Positions 51,614 to 63,527 are shown, counted from the first letter of the stretch. The stretch is DNA of 64,000 nt from Desulfatiglandales bacterium (GCA_963662465.1 OY759599.1:2720001-2784000), one strand, 5' to 3'. Notes: generated by a model from the sequence alone, not told the origin. Numbers and translations are program-made.

Positions 51614-51902
51614 CTTTGACCATCAATGTTTTTGACGCTGAGGTGAAATCCAGCGTCATGCAGTTCTTACGCATCCCGATCTTCAGGTGAAATAGCGACC
51701 AGAGGGAATAAAGATGAAGGCATTCGGCATTATACTCACGGGATTCGGAGTGATCCTCTCGTTTTTCACTTTTCTTTTTTACACCCTTGAGGATTACACG
51801 CCCTATGCCGATCCTGTTCCCCTGTGGCCCATATTCCTGGGCGTGGCAATGGGCCTTATCGGGCTTGTCTGTTTGAAAAAGACACCTTAAAACCAAACTA
51901 TT

Positions 51903-53600
51903 TTACATCTTCCGACGCCGTAAGATGGAAATCAGAAGGGAAAATCCGATAACCCCCGCAAGAACAAACCCCGCCAGCCCAATCAGTGGAATATCATGCC
52001 ATCTGGGCGGAATGCCCGATAACACCACCAGGGATGAACCCACGATCAAGGCGGCCAGGACAATGGCAAACACCAATCTGTTACTGGTCCGGTTGTGGGT
52101 GTTGAGCAGGGGCTCCAGACCGGAATGCCCGAATTCAATTTTAATTTTTCCTTCCCTGGCCTGTTTGAGAATAGCCCGCACTTCACCGGGGATTTCCCGA
52201 CCCAGCTGAATCAGTTCCGTACCGATCTCAAGCATGTCCCCGGCAATCCGCCTGGGATCCATGCGGTCCTGTTGAATCTTCCGAACAAAAGGCGCCGCCT
52301 GCTCCAGGATGTCAAAGGCCGGATCCAGCATCTTGGCGATGCCCTCGATGGTGCCCAGGGATTTCATCATCAGGTAAAGATCGGGTTTGATGGTAAGCCC
52401 ATGGGAGGAAACCGTCTCAATGAGCTTCTGGAACAATTTACCCATCTCCAGTTTTTTTCGATGCCCATAAACCTGCTGCTCCAGAAGATCCATGAGATCT
52501 CGTTCCAGCTTTTCCCGGTCCGGTTCCGCATCATAGAGAGAGAGCCTCAATACGGACTCGGTAATTTTTCTCTCGTTTTTACCCGCAAGGTTGGTGACAA
52601 AATCCGTAAAATCCTCCCGTTCATCCTGACGGATACGGCCCATCATGCCAAAATCCAGGAAACAAATCACATGGTTCGGCAATATGAAAATGTTTCCCGG
52701 ATGCGGGTCCGCATGAAAAAACCCGTGAACAAAGATCTGTTTCATGATCAGATCGGCGCCGTTTACGGCAATTGTATGCAGATCGCAACCTTTTTGCTTG
52801 AGCCTATCCGTGTCCGAAACCTTGATGCCGTCAATGTACTCGATGGTCAGAACACGGGATGAATTTAATGCCTTAAACACTTTAGGCACATACACCGTAT
52901 GTTCCCCCATGAACTGCCGTGAAAAACGTTCCGTGTGATAGGCCTCGATGGTATAGTCGATTTCCTTCTCCAGACTTCGGGCAAATTCTTCCACGATCCG
53001 CGTAGGACGCTGGACCACCATCTCTTCCACGTGTCGTTCCATAAGAGAGGCCAGATGAAGCAGGATTTCCAAATCAACCTCTATGGTTTTCCGGATACCC
53101 GGTCGTTGAACCTTTACCACCACCTCTTCCCCATCCGCCAAGCGCGCCCGGTGTACCTGACCGATGGACGCGGCCGCCAGCGGCTCGGATTCAAAATGAG
53201 CAAACAGTTCCTCCGGCGAACGTCCCAGTTCTTCGGTGATGATGGTTTTAACCGCCTCATGGGAAAAGGCCGGCACATTATCCTGCAACCTGCTAAATTC
53301 ACGGGAATACTCAAGGGGAATCAAATCGGGCCGGGTCGAAAGGATTTGCCCCAGTTTAATAAACGTCGGCCCCAGTTCTTCCACGGCCATTCGAACCCGT
53401 TCAGCTCTGGATAGTTTTTCAATCTGATCGCGTCTTTTTTTTGAAATCATCTGCAATCCAACTTCAATATATTGTTCAATTTTGAGCGTTTCAACAATAT
53501 CGCCAAACCCATACTTAAATAAAACACTCAAAATTTCCCGATACCGGTTGAGGTGTCGATAGGTACGGCCCACGATGCCTATTTTGCGGATGCTCAACAT
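51903..53600 (-). CDS. AarF/UbiB (ABC1) family atypical kinase
   Basis: LGPTFIKLGQILSTRPD, AAASIGQVH, VKVQRP, FFHADPHPGN, LDFGM; two C-terminal TM; start ATG 53600 with AAGGAG RBS. Confidence 0.93.
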   Translation of the reverse strand: MLSIRKIGIVGRTYRHLNRYREILSVLFKYGFGDIVETLKIEQYIEVGLQMISKKRRDQIEKLSRAERVRMAVEELGPTFIKLGQILSTRPDLIPLEYSREFSRLQDNVPAFSHEAVKTIITEELGRSPEELFAHFESEPLAAASIGQVHRARLADGEEVVVKVQRPGIRKTIEVDLEILLHLASLMERHVEEMVVQRPTRIVEEFARSLEKEIDYTIEAYHTERFSRQFMGEHTVYVPKVFKALNSSRVLTIEYIDGIKVSDTDRLKQKGCDLHTIAVNGADLIMKQIFVHGFFHADPHPGNIFILPNHVICFLDFGMMGRIRQDEREDFTDFVTNLAGKNERKITESVLRLSLYDAEPDREKLERDLMDLLEQQVYGHRKKLEMGKLFQKLIETVSSHGLTIKPDLYLMMKSLGTIEGIAKMLDPAFDILEQAAPFVRKIQQDRMDPRRIAGDMLEIGTELIQLGREIPGEVRAILKQAREGKIKIEFGHSGLEPLLNTHNRTSNRLVFAIVLAALIVGSSLVVLSGIPPRWHDIPLIGLAGFVLAGVIGFSLLISILRRRKM

Positions 53601-53756
53601 GCTGATTCTCCTTTCAATGAGGGCTTTTTCCGTAACCCCGCCAGCAAAGGCATATTGCCGGTCAAAGCGAAGGTCTGTCAATTAAAAGATGATTTTTTGA
53701 AACATTTTCTGATATAGTTACTAGTTTTGAACATTTAAAAAATCCAAGGAGAAACC

Positions 53757-54866
53757 ATGAACAAAACCATTGCAGTTCTGGAAGGCGATGGCATCGGCCC
53801 TGAAATCGTCCATGAAGCCCTCAAAGTCCTTACCGCCATTGAAAAAAAATACGGTCATACCTTTGATCTTAAGCCCGCCCCCTTTGGCGCGGCAGCCTAT
53901 TTCACGGAAGGTTCGCCCTTTCCGGATAAAACAAAACAAATCTGCGACGAAGCCGACGTTATCATCAAAGGCCCCGTCGGGCTCGCGGTTGAGCAAATGG
54001 ACGAAATTCCCCAGGAATTCCGCCCGGAAGTGGGCGCCATCCTGCCCCTCAGAAAGCGGTATGACACCTTTGCCAATTTCAGGCCCGTACGACTTCCCAT
54101 CAGCCTAAAATCCTTTTCCCCATTGAAGGAGGAGGTTATCGGCCAAGGGATTGATATTCTGATGATTCGCGAACTGGTGGGCGGCATCTATTTCGGCGAA
54201 AAAGTTGAAGGCGAGTCCACCCATATGACCTATGCCCGGGATGATTGCACCTATACCGAAGCGCAGGTGCGGCGCGTGGCCATTATGGCCTTTGAAGAAG
54301 CCAGAAAACAAAAAACAAAACTAACCGACATTCATAAGGCCAACGTCCTGGCCACATCCCGTTTCTGGCGGAAAATTGTGGCGGATGTGGCCAAAGACTA
54401 TCCCGATGTGCCCTTAAAGTCCACCCTGGTGGATAATGCCGCATTTCAACTGGTGGTCAACCCGACCCAGTTTAACGGGGTAATGCTCCTTGAGAATATG
54501 CAGGGAGACATCCTCACGGATCAGGCCGGGGGAATTATCGGCTCCTTGGGGCTGATGCCATCCGCCTGTATCGGACCGGAAAAAAGCTACGTGGAACCGG
54601 CCCATGGGTCAGCACCGGATATTGCCGGAAAAAACATGGCCAATCCCTACTCCATGATCGGCAGCATTGCCCTGCTTTTGGAAAAATGTCTGGGGCTCCC
54701 CAACGAAGCACTGGATGTCTGGAACGCCATTTTCGGAGTCTTCGAGGAGGGATTCATTACCCGGGACCTCATGGGATACCAACATACCAAAAAAAACATT
54801 CTCACCACTTCGGAATTCGGGGACAGGGTGGTTCAAAAAATTCTGGCAGAGGAAACAGCGCAATGA
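53757..54866 (+). CDS. leuB: 3-isopropylmalate dehydrogenase
   Basis: GDGIGPE, RELVGGIYFG, KANVL, GDILTD, EPAHGSAPDIAGK..ANP. Confidence 0.92.
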   Translation: MNKTIAVLEGDGIGPEIVHEALKVLTAIEKKYGHTFDLKPAPFGAAAYFTEGSPFPDKTKQICDEADVIIKGPVGLAVEQMDEIPQEFRPEVGAILPLRKRYDTFANFRPVRLPISLKSFSPLKEEVIGQGIDILMIRELVGGIYFGEKVEGESTHMTYARDDCTYTEAQVRRVAIMAFEEARKQKTKLTDIHKANVLATSRFWRKIVADVAKDYPDVPLKSTLVDNAAFQLVVNPTQFNGVMLLENMQGDILTDQAGGIIGSLGLMPSACIGPEKSYVEPAHGSAPDIAGKNMANPYSMIGSIALLLEKCLGLPNEALDVWNAIFGVFEEGFITRDLMGYQHTKKNILTTSEFGDRVVQKILAEETAQ

Positions 54867-55756
54867 TCATCGATGATATTTTACAACTGGTGGGCAACAC
54901 CCCGCTGATTCACTTGAAAAATGAACCCATTTTTGCCAAGGCTGAGTTTCTGAATCCGGGCGGCAGCATCAAGGACCGGGTGGCCATGGCCATGATTGAA
55001 GGGGCTGAGAAAACCGGACGTCTTACACCCGATTCCATTATCACGGAGCCTACCTCCGGCAATACGGGCATCGGCATTGCGCTAGTGGGAAAGCTCAAAG
55101 GATACCGGGTACGGATTGTCATGCCGGAAAACATGAGTGAAGAGCGAAAAAAACTGATTCGTTCCCTGGGAGCGGAGCTGGTACTCACCCCAAAGGAAAA
55201 AAATATTGCGGGCGCCGTGGAACGGGTGCGGCAGATGGCGGAAATAGAAATAGAAAAAAATGTGGTGGTCCTCCAACAGTTTGAAAATCCGGACAACCCC
55301 CGGGTTCATTATGAAGAAACCGCCCGCGAACTTTGGGAGCAGCTGGATGGGAATATCGACTGCTTTGTGGCGGGGGTGGGGAGCGGCGGCACCCTTCAGG
55401 GCATCGGCAAATTCCTGAAAGAACACCGGCCCGGCGTTAAAATCGTGGCGGTGGAGCCCAAAAACGTTTCGGCCCTGCTGGGCCATGAGCCCGGGCTCCA
55501 CCAGATTCAGGGAATCGGCGACGGGTTCATTCCCGATGTGTTGGACAAATCCCTGGTGGATGAGGTAATCGAAGTCTCCGATGAGGACGCCATCGACACC
55601 ACGCGCCAACTGGGCAGGGAATTGGGACTTCTGGTGGGCATCTCCTCGGGAGCCAATGTGTGGGGGGCCAGGGAAATGGTCCTGAAAATTTCCGGCAACA
55701 TCGCAACGGTCCTGCCGGACCGCTCCGAGCGCTATTTCAGTACGGCGCTCATGTAA
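54863..55756 (+). CDS. cysK: Cysteine synthase A
   Basis: VGNTP, NPGGSIKDR, EPTSGNTG, GVGSGGT, HQIQGIG, GISSG; ATGA overlap with leuB. Confidence 0.93.
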   Translation: MIIDDILQLVGNTPLIHLKNEPIFAKAEFLNPGGSIKDRVAMAMIEGAEKTGRLTPDSIITEPTSGNTGIGIALVGKLKGYRVRIVMPENMSEERKKLIRSLGAELVLTPKEKNIAGAVERVRQMAEIEIEKNVVVLQQFENPDNPRVHYEETARELWEQLDGNIDCFVAGVGSGGTLQGIGKFLKEHRPGVKIVAVEPKNVSALLGHEPGLHQIQGIGDGFIPDVLDKSLVDEVIEVSDEDAIDTTRQLGRELGLLVGISSGANVWGAREMVLKISGNIATVLPDRSERYFSTALM

Positions 55757-55779
55757 ACCCTTGAACAGCTGAACATCGA

Positions 55780-56241
55780 ATGAAAAATACAACCTCTTGT
55801 CAGTCGAAGAGCCCTGAGATTCTGAAGGCCCTTTCCATTCGTCAACCGTGGGCAACGCTGGTAATGCAAGGCGCCAAAACCATGGAAATCCGGTCATGGA
55901 GACCCGCAAATATGGTATTTCCCGAAACGTTGCTGATCCACGCGGGTAAAAAACCTGATTTGGATGCCATCAGGCGGTTCGAATTCCCGCACAACCTGCC
56001 CGGAGGCATCATTCTGGGGCAGGTCGTGATGACCGACATTACCCCATATGAAAATAAAGATCAATGGATGGAAGATATCCCCATCCACTTGAACCGGCCG
56101 GAAGCGTACCAACAGGGGCTCTACGGTTTTCGGTTCTCACACCCCCGCCAATACCCATCGCCCATTCCCTTTAAAGGGCGTTTGGGATTTTTCAAGGTCC
56201 CTGCCTTGACCATTCAATTTCCCGGATGCCGTGGCTATTGA
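55780..56241 (+). CDS. ASCH domain protein
   Basis: ALSIRQPWA.L...G.K..EIRSW, LLIHAG, KGRLGFF. Confidence 0.88.
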   Translation: MKNTTSCQSKSPEILKALSIRQPWATLVMQGAKTMEIRSWRPANMVFPETLLIHAGKKPDLDAIRRFEFPHNLPGGIILGQVVMTDITPYENKDQWMEDIPIHLNRPEAYQQGLYGFRFSHPRQYPSPIPFKGRLGFFKVPALTIQFPGCRGY

Positions 56242-58622
56242 ACATCCATATCAAATTGCGAAAAAGACTTTAGTTTGGCCGCGGTGGGTTTGGGAGAATA
56301 TGTTGCGGGTTCCGTTCCCTCTTTAAAAGCCTGAAACACCACTTTTTTCGAATGTCGTCCGGCCAAAAGACCGGTTTCCCCGTCTATCTTCGCAAAAACG
56401 ACCCCTTTGGGGATCTGGAAATCTTTTACCGGCTTTTCAGCCAGGACCCCCTGCATAAAATCCAGCCAGATGGGACTGGCGGCCCTGGAACCGGTTTCTC
56501 CCTTGCCCATCTCCCTTGAGTCGTCGTACCCCACCCAGACGCCGGTCACCAAATCGGGCGTATATCCCATGAACCAGGCATCCCGAAGATCGTTGGTCGT
56601 GCCCGTCTTTCCCGCGGCGGGCCGTTTCAATGCCCTGACGCGCCAGCCCGTCCCTTCGGTCACAACGGCCTTTAGCAAATCCGTCATCACAAACGCCGTT
56701 TCCTTTGAAAGAACCGGCGTCGTTTCAGGCTGATTCTCTTCAATGACCTGACCGCCCCGGTCCAAAATCCGTTTCACGAAGAAGGGTTTCACCAGCATCC
56801 CGCCATTGGCAAAAACAGCGTACGCCCGGGTCAATTCCATCAGAGACACACCGGATGAACCCAGGGCCAGTGAAAGATCCGGGGTCAAATCAGATTCGAT
56901 TCCCATATTCCGGGCATACGAAATAGCATAATTAACACCGATTTTATTCAGGATCTTGACGGTAATCACATTTCTGGATTTAGCCAGACCCGTCCTGATC
57001 AATGTGGGGCCATAGAACTTTTTCTTATAATTTTTGGGTTTCCAAACTTCCCCATCGGCATTGGGAGTGGACACATAAGGAGAATCCATAATAATACTCA
57101 CCGGACTCATCCCCTGATCCAGGGCCGCGGAATAAATCAAGGGTTTGAAAGCGGATCCGGGTTGACGTCTGGACTGGATGGCCCGGTTAAACTGGCTGTC
57201 ATCAAAACTACGTCCCCCCAGCATGGCTTTCACCTCGCCCGTCTCAGGGTTCAGGCAAACAAGCGCCCCCTGGGCCATCGGGGTCTGTTCCAACGCAACC
57301 TCCCAGGTAAAATTTTCACCATCGCCATATCTTTTAAGAACCCGCACCAAAACAACATCTCCGGATTTCAACACCGAAGAAGGTTTTTTGACCCGAGCGG
57401 CGTAGTATGGCGCCTTTTTATCGGGCTTCCTTGCCCATTTCATCTCCTTTAGTGGAAGACAAGCCATCTCTTTTCCCAGTCGAATGGAAACCCGGCTCTT
57501 TTCATCATCCACTTTCGTAACCAATCCCTGTACCACGGAATCGACGTTCATTACCGTTTTCTTCACCGCCGAACCCACTTTGGGAGGCGACATCGAGAAG
57601 GCGTGCGCCGCACGCACTTCATAATCTCGAATTTCTTCCGCCGAAAGGTGGCGTATGGGACCGCGATATCCTTCACGTTTGTCCAGATCCGTCAACCCCT
57701 TACCGAGGGCTTCCCTTCCGATAACCTGCATTTTGAGATCCAGCGTTGTGTAAACATCGAGACCCCCTCGATACAGGAGGTCTTTTCCATATTTTTCCAA
57801 CAGATAACGTCGCACATGCTCTGAGAAGTAGGGGGCGCGTTCAAAGGTGTTGACGCCCTTCATACGAATATCAAGCTCAGTTTCTAACGCCAGGGTCCGC
57901 GATGCCTCATCTATGAATCCTTCTTCAAGCATCCTTGAAAGAACGTATTTCTGCCGGGCCTTGGCCCGATCAAAATGGGAAACCGGTGAATACCTGGCCG
58001 GCGCCTGGGGCAAACCCGCCAGGAGGGCAGCCTCCGCCAGCGTCAGGTCTTTTGCGGGTTTTCCAAAATAGGTTTGGGTTGCGGCCTCCACGCCATATGC
58101 GCCCTGCCCCAGATAAATCTGGTTGAGATAGAGAAACAGAATATGTTCCTTGGAAAAAGTTTTTTCAAGCTGAATGGATAAAATAGCTTCCCGGACCTTG
58201 CGCCGATAGGTCTTTTTGACGTTCTTCAGAATTAGAGATTTGGTGACCTGCTGGGTAATGGTACTCCCCCCCTGTTCAACCTTCCCAGCTGACAGGTTCT
58301 TCAAAAAAGCCCGAACAATGCCTTGAATATCCACGCCCTGGTGTTCAAAAAAGCGAGAATCTTCCGCCGCCACAAAGGCATTGATCAAGTGGTCGGGAAG
58401 CGCCGAAAGGGGAACCACAGTCCGTTTTTCCTCCCAGAGTCTTCCAATAACTTCGCCGTCATCACTGTAGATTCTTGTGATCACTGGAGGCCTGTAATCC
58501 TTTACGGACCCCACATAGGGAAGGTTGCTGGACCAGAGATACCAGAAATAGGCGCCGACACTGAGGCCAATGACCGCAACGATGGAAAAAAGCCACAGAA
58601 AAATCTTAAAGAACAGTTTCAT
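56235..58622 (-). CDS. mrcA: Class A penicillin-binding protein 1A
   Basis: TM anchor; GT51 AEDSRF, GGSTITQQ, RKVRE; transpeptidase SAFK, SRN, KTGT. Confidence 0.95.
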   Translation of the reverse strand: MKLFFKIFLWLFSIVAVIGLSVGAYFWYLWSSNLPYVGSVKDYRPPVITRIYSDDGEVIGRLWEEKRTVVPLSALPDHLINAFVAAEDSRFFEHQGVDIQGIVRAFLKNLSAGKVEQGGSTITQQVTKSLILKNVKKTYRRKVREAILSIQLEKTFSKEHILFLYLNQIYLGQGAYGVEAATQTYFGKPAKDLTLAEAALLAGLPQAPARYSPVSHFDRAKARQKYVLSRMLEEGFIDEASRTLALETELDIRMKGVNTFERAPYFSEHVRRYLLEKYGKDLLYRGGLDVYTTLDLKMQVIGREALGKGLTDLDKREGYRGPIRHLSAEEIRDYEVRAAHAFSMSPPKVGSAVKKTVMNVDSVVQGLVTKVDDEKSRVSIRLGKEMACLPLKEMKWARKPDKKAPYYAARVKKPSSVLKSGDVVLVRVLKRYGDGENFTWEVALEQTPMAQGALVCLNPETGEVKAMLGGRSFDDSQFNRAIQSRRQPGSAFKPLIYSAALDQGMSPVSIIMDSPYVSTPNADGEVWKPKNYKKKFYGPTLIRTGLAKSRNVITVKILNKIGVNYAISYARNMGIESDLTPDLSLALGSSGVSLMELTRAYAVFANGGMLVKPFFVKRILDRGGQVIEENQPETTPVLSKETAFVMTDLLKAVVTEGTGWRVRALKRPAAGKTGTTNDLRDAWFMGYTPDLVTGVWVGYDDSREMGKGETGSRAASPIWLDFMQGVLAEKPVKDFQIPKGVVFAKIDGETGLLAGRHSKKVVFQAFKEGTEPATYSPKPTAAKLKSFSQFDMDVQ

Positions 58623-58785
58623 AGGAGAATTCTCTCATCACGCTCTGAGCGCAGACATTAGGATTTAAAGGGTGCGGGGCCGTACAAGGCAAAGACCCGG
58701 TTACATGGAAGTTATACTATAACCGGGCTTTAAGTCAACTGATGGGAGTGAATCGAAGAATAAATGAGGATATGGATCAGATGCG

Positions 58786-59389
58786 CTATGGGTTCGCCGC
58801 CGTGGGGGAAGATTGGGGATTATTTTGTCCACTGGGACCCAGATCCTCAATCTCGATTCCCTGGATGTCATCCCAGGACAAAAACCCCATCTTTCGTTTC
58901 ACGGAGGGCATCTCGAAATCATCAAAATCATATTCCGTGTCCACATCACAGCCATGTCCCGGCACATAGAACCTTTGTCCTGAATCCTTCCGGCTGGACA
59001 ATTTTTTTTCAATTTCACGCTGGCAATCGATGCATCGCGTCACCCCCGGCATTGCCACAAGCCGCTTATAACCGATTTCCTCGCCGCAATCTTCACAAAA
59101 ACCGAAATCCTCATTTTCATGGATGTGCATCACCAGCTGTTCAAGTTTTTCCAATTCCTGAGTTCTTCGATCCATCAAACTGTAATAGGTTTGAACGGAA
59201 ATCTCCTTTCCAGCGCGATCCCCATCCTCAGCGGAATTATCGCCGAAAAGAGCGTCTTTGTTATCCTCGTGATTGCGTCTCATCTCATTTAATGTGTTTT
59301 CAACCATGGTTTTTTTCGCCATCAGCGTTTCTAAAATCATTAAGCGAGAATCTTTATCCTCCGACATTCCGCATAAATCCATATTCAGC
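58786..59389 (-). CDS. TraR/DksA family regulator with acidic C-terminal extension
   Basis: Coiled coil with EDGDRA tip; CEDCGEEI...RL...P....CIDCQ; ATG 59389 with GGAG RBS. Confidence 0.85.
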
Positions 59390-59472
59390 ATCTTCAACTC
59401 CCATTTCTAGAATTCTTATTTTCAGGACTGCGAACAAATTGAGTTGCATGAAAACATTGATGAAGCGGAGCA

Positions 59473-59500
59473 ATTCTAGCCAGGAATTCAGATTTGTCAA
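59473..59500 (-). promoter_or_regulatory. Sigma70-type promoter of the dksA-like gene
   Basis: Minus-strand TTGACA, 16-bp spacer, TAGAAT. Confidence 0.55.
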
Positions 59501-59517
59501 TCAGATATTGTCATTTT

Positions 59518-60039
59518 TCAGGTCTTGATGCTTTTTGGCGGAGTTTCTTTTGAGAAGAAAAGGCTGAACCCCACCATAACAGCGCCCACGGTAATGGCGG
59601 CGTCCGCCACATTGAAGGCGGGCCAATGATAGCTCCCCACATAAAGATCAAGGAAATCAATCACCTCATGAAGTCTCAACCGGTCAATCAGGTTACCCAG
59701 GGCCCCGCCGAGGATCAGCGAAAGGCCCAGGGTAATCCAATTGCTTTCATCCTTCATGGTATGGAACCAAAACAGCAGCAAAACAATGGCGAGAATTGTT
59801 GCCGTTACCAGTATCCAGAAACCGAAATTCATATCCGGTCGATTCAAGAATCCAAAAGCCATGCCCCGATTTCTCACATGAACCATATTGAAAAAGCCCT
59901 TGATAACCGGTACGCTGTCGTAGACCTTGAGACTCTTGAGTACCGCTATTTTCGAAGCCTGATCCAGACCGACAACGAAAAGCGCGGGCCAGATCATCAG
60001 CGGGTAATTATGTCCAGAACGTCTCGGCATCGCTTGCAA
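59518..60039 (-). CDS. lspA: Lipoprotein signal peptidase II
   Basis: [35 protein letters not shown]; directly after ileS. Confidence 0.96.
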   Translation of the reverse strand: MQAMPRRSGHNYPLMIWPALFVVGLDQASKIAVLKSLKVYDSVPVIKGFFNMVHVRNRGMAFGFLNRPDMNFGFWILVTATILAIVLLLFWFHTMKDESNWITLGLSLILGGALGNLIDRLRLHEVIDFLDLYVGSYHWPAFNVADAAITVGAVMVGFSLFFSKETPPKSIKT

Positions 60040-62795
60040 ATTGTTGGATTTTCATTGTCGTCGCCTACGGTGTTATCGTGCATCCAGCAACGTTCGCATT
60101 TAGGATCGGTGGAAGGCGCCACAACCACCTTAAGCCCAGGAAGCGTTTCGCTTTCAATACCCCCTTCAACCTGCGCCATATCAAGGAGTTTCACAGACGA
60201 AACGATAAAAATGGACCGTAGCGCATCGGCGTAGGGGTTCAATTTCACCTTGAGTTCAGGTGAAACCCCCAACGTCACCGCCGCATCCAGAGGATGCCCG
60301 ATGATCTTCTCTTTCCTGGCAAGCTCCAGGGTCTTGGTCGCCTCTTTTCGCACGGAGAGGATATCGTCCCAACGCTTCGCCAATTCGGGATTCAGGTATT
60401 CCTTTTTTACGGGGATAAAGAGATCCGCATGAACGCTCGACAAACGATTTTCGCCACCCATGTATTGCCAGATTTCATCGGCGGTAAAGGAAAGGACCGG
60501 CGCCATGAGCCGCACCAGGGTTTCCAGAACCTCATTCATGGCAAACTGCGCCGATCGCCTTAAAGTGGACGTCTGGGGGGACGTATAAAGTCGATCCTTG
60601 ATGATATCGAGGTAAAATGCAGAGAGGTCCAGGGCACAGAAATTATGAAGATGGTGATAGACCAGATGAAAATCGAATTTCTCATAGGCGCTCGTGATTC
60701 GTTTGGTCAATCCCTGAAGCTGATGAAGCGCCCACTGGTCCAACTCTTCCATTTGTTCATAGGGAACGGCATCGGTTTGGGGGTTGAAATCATGGAGATT
60801 TCCCAGGAGATACCGGCAGGTATTTCGAATGCGGCGATAGGCATCAGTCAATCGCTGCAGGATTTCCTTGCTGAGCTTGATATTGTCGCGATAATCTTCT
60901 CCCGCCACCCAGAGCCTGATAATTTCCGCCCCATGGCTCTTGATCAAAGACTCGGGCGGAATCACATTGCCGGCGGATTTGTGCATGGCTTTTCCCTTTC
61001 CATCCACCACAAACCCATGGGTCAACACATTCCGATAAGGCGCCTGGTTTCGCGTCCCCACTGAACACAACAATGAACTGTGAAACCACCCCCGGTGCTG
61101 ATCGCTCCCTTCCAGGTAAAGATCCGCGGGACTGTCCAGGTAGGGACGATTTTCCATGACCGCCGCATAACTCACGCCGGAATCAAACCACACATCCAGA
61201 ATGTCCGTTTCCTTTTCGAAATCATCAGCGCCGCATGCCGGGCACGTCGTATTTTCCGGAAGCAATTCCTTTTCAGAAGCCGTGAACCAGATATCCGCGC
61301 CCGATGTTTCCACCATTGCCGCCACATGGTCGATAATTTCCTGAGAAATCACCACCTCTCCACATTTTTTACAGAAGAATACGGTGATAGGAACGCCCCA
61401 AGACCGCTGCCGGGAAATACACCAGTCCGGCCGGTTGGCGATCATGCTATGGATTCGGTCGCGGCCCCAGGAGGGAAACCAATTGACTTCGTTAATGGCT
61501 TTCAGGGCCTCATCCCTCAAACCCGTCTTGTCCATGGAAATGAACCACTGCTCCGTGGAACGGAAAATCACCGGTTTTTTGCATCGCCAGCAGTGAGGAT
61601 ATTCATGGGTGATTTTCTGTTCTTTCACCAGTGCCCCAAGCGCTGTCAGCTTGTCAATGACGGAGCGGTTGGCTTCAAACACCTCCATCCCTGAAAAGTA
61701 TTCCACATCCAGGGTAAACCGACCGGCGTCATCCACCGGCGAGTATACCTCAAGCCCGTATTTGAGTCCGGTTTCGTAGTCCTCACGGCCATGCCCTGGG
61801 GCAGTATGTACGCAGCCTGTCCCGCTCTCCAGGGTCACATAGGGGGCCAGAACAATCAAGGACGAGCGGTCGACAATGGGATGTTTGGCTTCCAGGTTTT
61901 CCAGTTCACGGGCATCAAATACCTTCAGAATTTCATAGGACTCAATACCGAAGGTTGCCATACATTTTTCCAGAAGACCTTCGGCCAGGATCATGACTTC
62001 GTTTTCAGCGGTTTCAACCGCCGCATAGGGCAAATCGGGATGAAGGGCAATGGCCAGATTGGCGGGAAGGGTCCAGGGGGTGGTGGTCCAGATCACCACC
62101 GAAACCTGTTTCCCTTCAAAAACCGGATCCAATGCCGTCAGATCGGAAATCATGGGAAATTTGACAAAGATGGAGGGGGATGTGTGCTGCTCGTATTCCA
62201 CTTCAGCTTCAGCCAAGGCTGTTTTGCACGATGCACACCAATAGATGGGTTTTTTGCTCCTGACCAGGCTGCCGTTTAAGGCAAACTTTCCAAACTCCCT
62301 GACGATGGTGGCCTCATAGGGGTAATTCATGGTGAGATAGGGTTGATCCCATTCTCCAAGAACTCCCAGGCGCTTAAACTCTTTGCGCTGAATATCGACA
62401 TATTTTTCCGCATACCGGCGGCAGTACCCTCTCACTTCCGCCTGGGTCATTTCCCGCTTTTTCTTGCCCAGCTCACTATCCACCTTATGTTCGATAGGCA
62501 AACCATGGCAATCCCAGCCCGGAACATAGGGAACATCGAAACCGGCCATCTGTTTGCTCTTGATAATAATGTCTTTCAATATTTTGTTAAAGGCGGTGCC
62601 CATATGGATATTGCCGTTCGCATAAGGCGGGCCGTCATGAAGCATGTATCGAGGTCTGCCCTTTGAAAGTTCCCGGATCGTTTCGTAGAGCCCTTCTTCT
62701 TCCCACCGCAGAAGGGTCTCAGGCTCTTTTTTGACCAAATTCCCCTTCATGGGAAATTTGGTTTTGGGCAGGTTGAGTGTTTCCTTATAGTTCAT
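59997..62795 (-). CDS. ileS: Isoleucine--tRNA ligase (type 1)
   Basis: [53 protein letters not shown]-terminal CERC/CKRC zinc finger. Confidence 0.98.
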   Translation of the reverse strand: MNYKETLNLPKTKFPMKGNLVKKEPETLLRWEEEGLYETIRELSKGRPRYMLHDGPPYANGNIHMGTAFNKILKDIIIKSKQMAGFDVPYVPGWDCHGLPIEHKVDSELGKKKREMTQAEVRGYCRRYAEKYVDIQRKEFKRLGVLGEWDQPYLTMNYPYEATIVREFGKFALNGSLVRSKKPIYWCASCKTALAEAEVEYEQHTSPSIFVKFPMISDLTALDPVFEGKQVSVVIWTTTPWTLPANLAIALHPDLPYAAVETAENEVMILAEGLLEKCMATFGIESYEILKVFDARELENLEAKHPIVDRSSLIVLAPYVTLESGTGCVHTAPGHGREDYETGLKYGLEVYSPVDDAGRFTLDVEYFSGMEVFEANRSVIDKLTALGALVKEQKITHEYPHCWRCKKPVIFRSTEQWFISMDKTGLRDEALKAINEVNWFPSWGRDRIHSMIANRPDWCISRQRSWGVPITVFFCKKCGEVVISQEIIDHVAAMVETSGADIWFTASEKELLPENTTCPACGADDFEKETDILDVWFDSGVSYAAVMENRPYLDSPADLYLEGSDQHRGWFHSSLLCSVGTRNQAPYRNVLTHGFVVDGKGKAMHKSAGNVIPPESLIKSHGAEIIRLWVAGEDYRDNIKLSKEILQRLTDAYRRIRNTCRYLLGNLHDFNPQTDAVPYEQMEELDQWALHQLQGLTKRITSAYEKFDFHLVYHHLHNFCALDLSAFYLDIIKDRLYTSPQTSTLRRSAQFAMNEVLETLVRLMAPVLSFTADEIWQYMGGENRLSSVHADLFIPVKKEYLNPELAKRWDDILSVRKEATKTLELARKEKIIGHPLDAAVTLGVSPELKVKLNPYADALRSIFIVSSVKLLDMAQVEGGIESETLPGLKVVVAPSTDPKCERCWMHDNTVGDDNENPTICKRCRDVLDIITR

Positions 62796-62850
62796 ATTAA
62801 TTAGGCCTCCAGGTTCAAAAATGAATGATTCAAGGATCTGATGCGGGATT

Positions 62851-63183
62851 TCAAGTGCTCACTTCCAGTTGTTCCAGCATTTTTTCCGCAAAATGAATGA
62901 TGTAATCCCTTTGCTGGTCCGTACAATAAGCGGTGCAGTCGCATTTCATTGTTTCCAGTGAGCGTACCAGAAATTCCAGTTTGACCCAGTCCGAACCCAC
63001 CTCCACCGCAAAGGCGTGGGGTTGACAAGCGGTGTGCCGGAACTGGAGGGGACTCAACAGATCTTCGGGAAACTGCACCCAGAAAAGCTGCTCCATCGCG
63101 GAACGAGAAGTGTTATTCTTCAGAAATTGGGAGATTTTCGCTATGTCTTCCGAGGTAATTTCATCCAGTAAATAGGCTTTCAT
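62851..63183 (-). CDS. Conserved hypothetical protein
   Basis: 110-aa ORF from ATG 63183 (ATGA overlap with the upstream gene); H..CQPH...E.LVRS....C.C..Y pattern. Confidence 0.65.
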   Translation of the reverse strand: MKAYLLDEITSEDIAKISQFLKNNTSRSAMEQLFWVQFPEDLLSPLQFRHTACQPHAFAVEVGSDWVKLEFLVRSLETMKCDCTAYCTDQQRDYIIHFAEKMLEQLEVST

Positions 63184-63527
63184 GGTGTAACGTCTCCGGC
63201 TTCGTGCTGATCCATTTTTCGTCCCCCCATATACGCATCCGCCACCGCATAAATCCAGAGAACGGCAAAAGCGACCCCCAGGCACCAGAGCAGGGTATAA
63301 TCCTGGGCGCTAATCCTTGCCATCAGCGCTTCAGGGTCGGACACATCGATCTGTCCCGACCTGAAAACGGCATTGATGACCTGCAAAAGGCGGATAATCC
63401 CCGCCACAAAGAGCGCGAACACAGCGCAAAGAAGGATAATCCCCTTTTTCAACTCCTGATTGATAATCTGCCCGAGCCCGGGGATAACCAGACCGGAACA
63501 AAGAGGACTCATGATGGCTTTTTGCAT
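63180..63527 (-). CDS. Small membrane protein (S..IPGLGQ family)
   Basis: LCSGLVIPGLGQI....KKG, TM segments, LWIYAVADAY. Confidence 0.7.
   Translation of the reverse strand: MQKAIMSPLCSGLVIPGLGQIINQELKKGIILLCAVFALFVAGIIRLLQVINAVFRSGQIDVSDPEALMARISAQDYTLLWCLGVAFAVLWIYAVADAYMGGRKMDQHEAGDVTP

Noticed and set aside
51576..51896. 106-aa ORF between the GT2 gene and the ubiB-like gene
   Set aside because: No recognisable motif or RBS; may be a remnant but is unsupported
62796..62850. T-box leader before ileS
   Set aside because: Spacer is only about 55 bp and lacks the T-box motif
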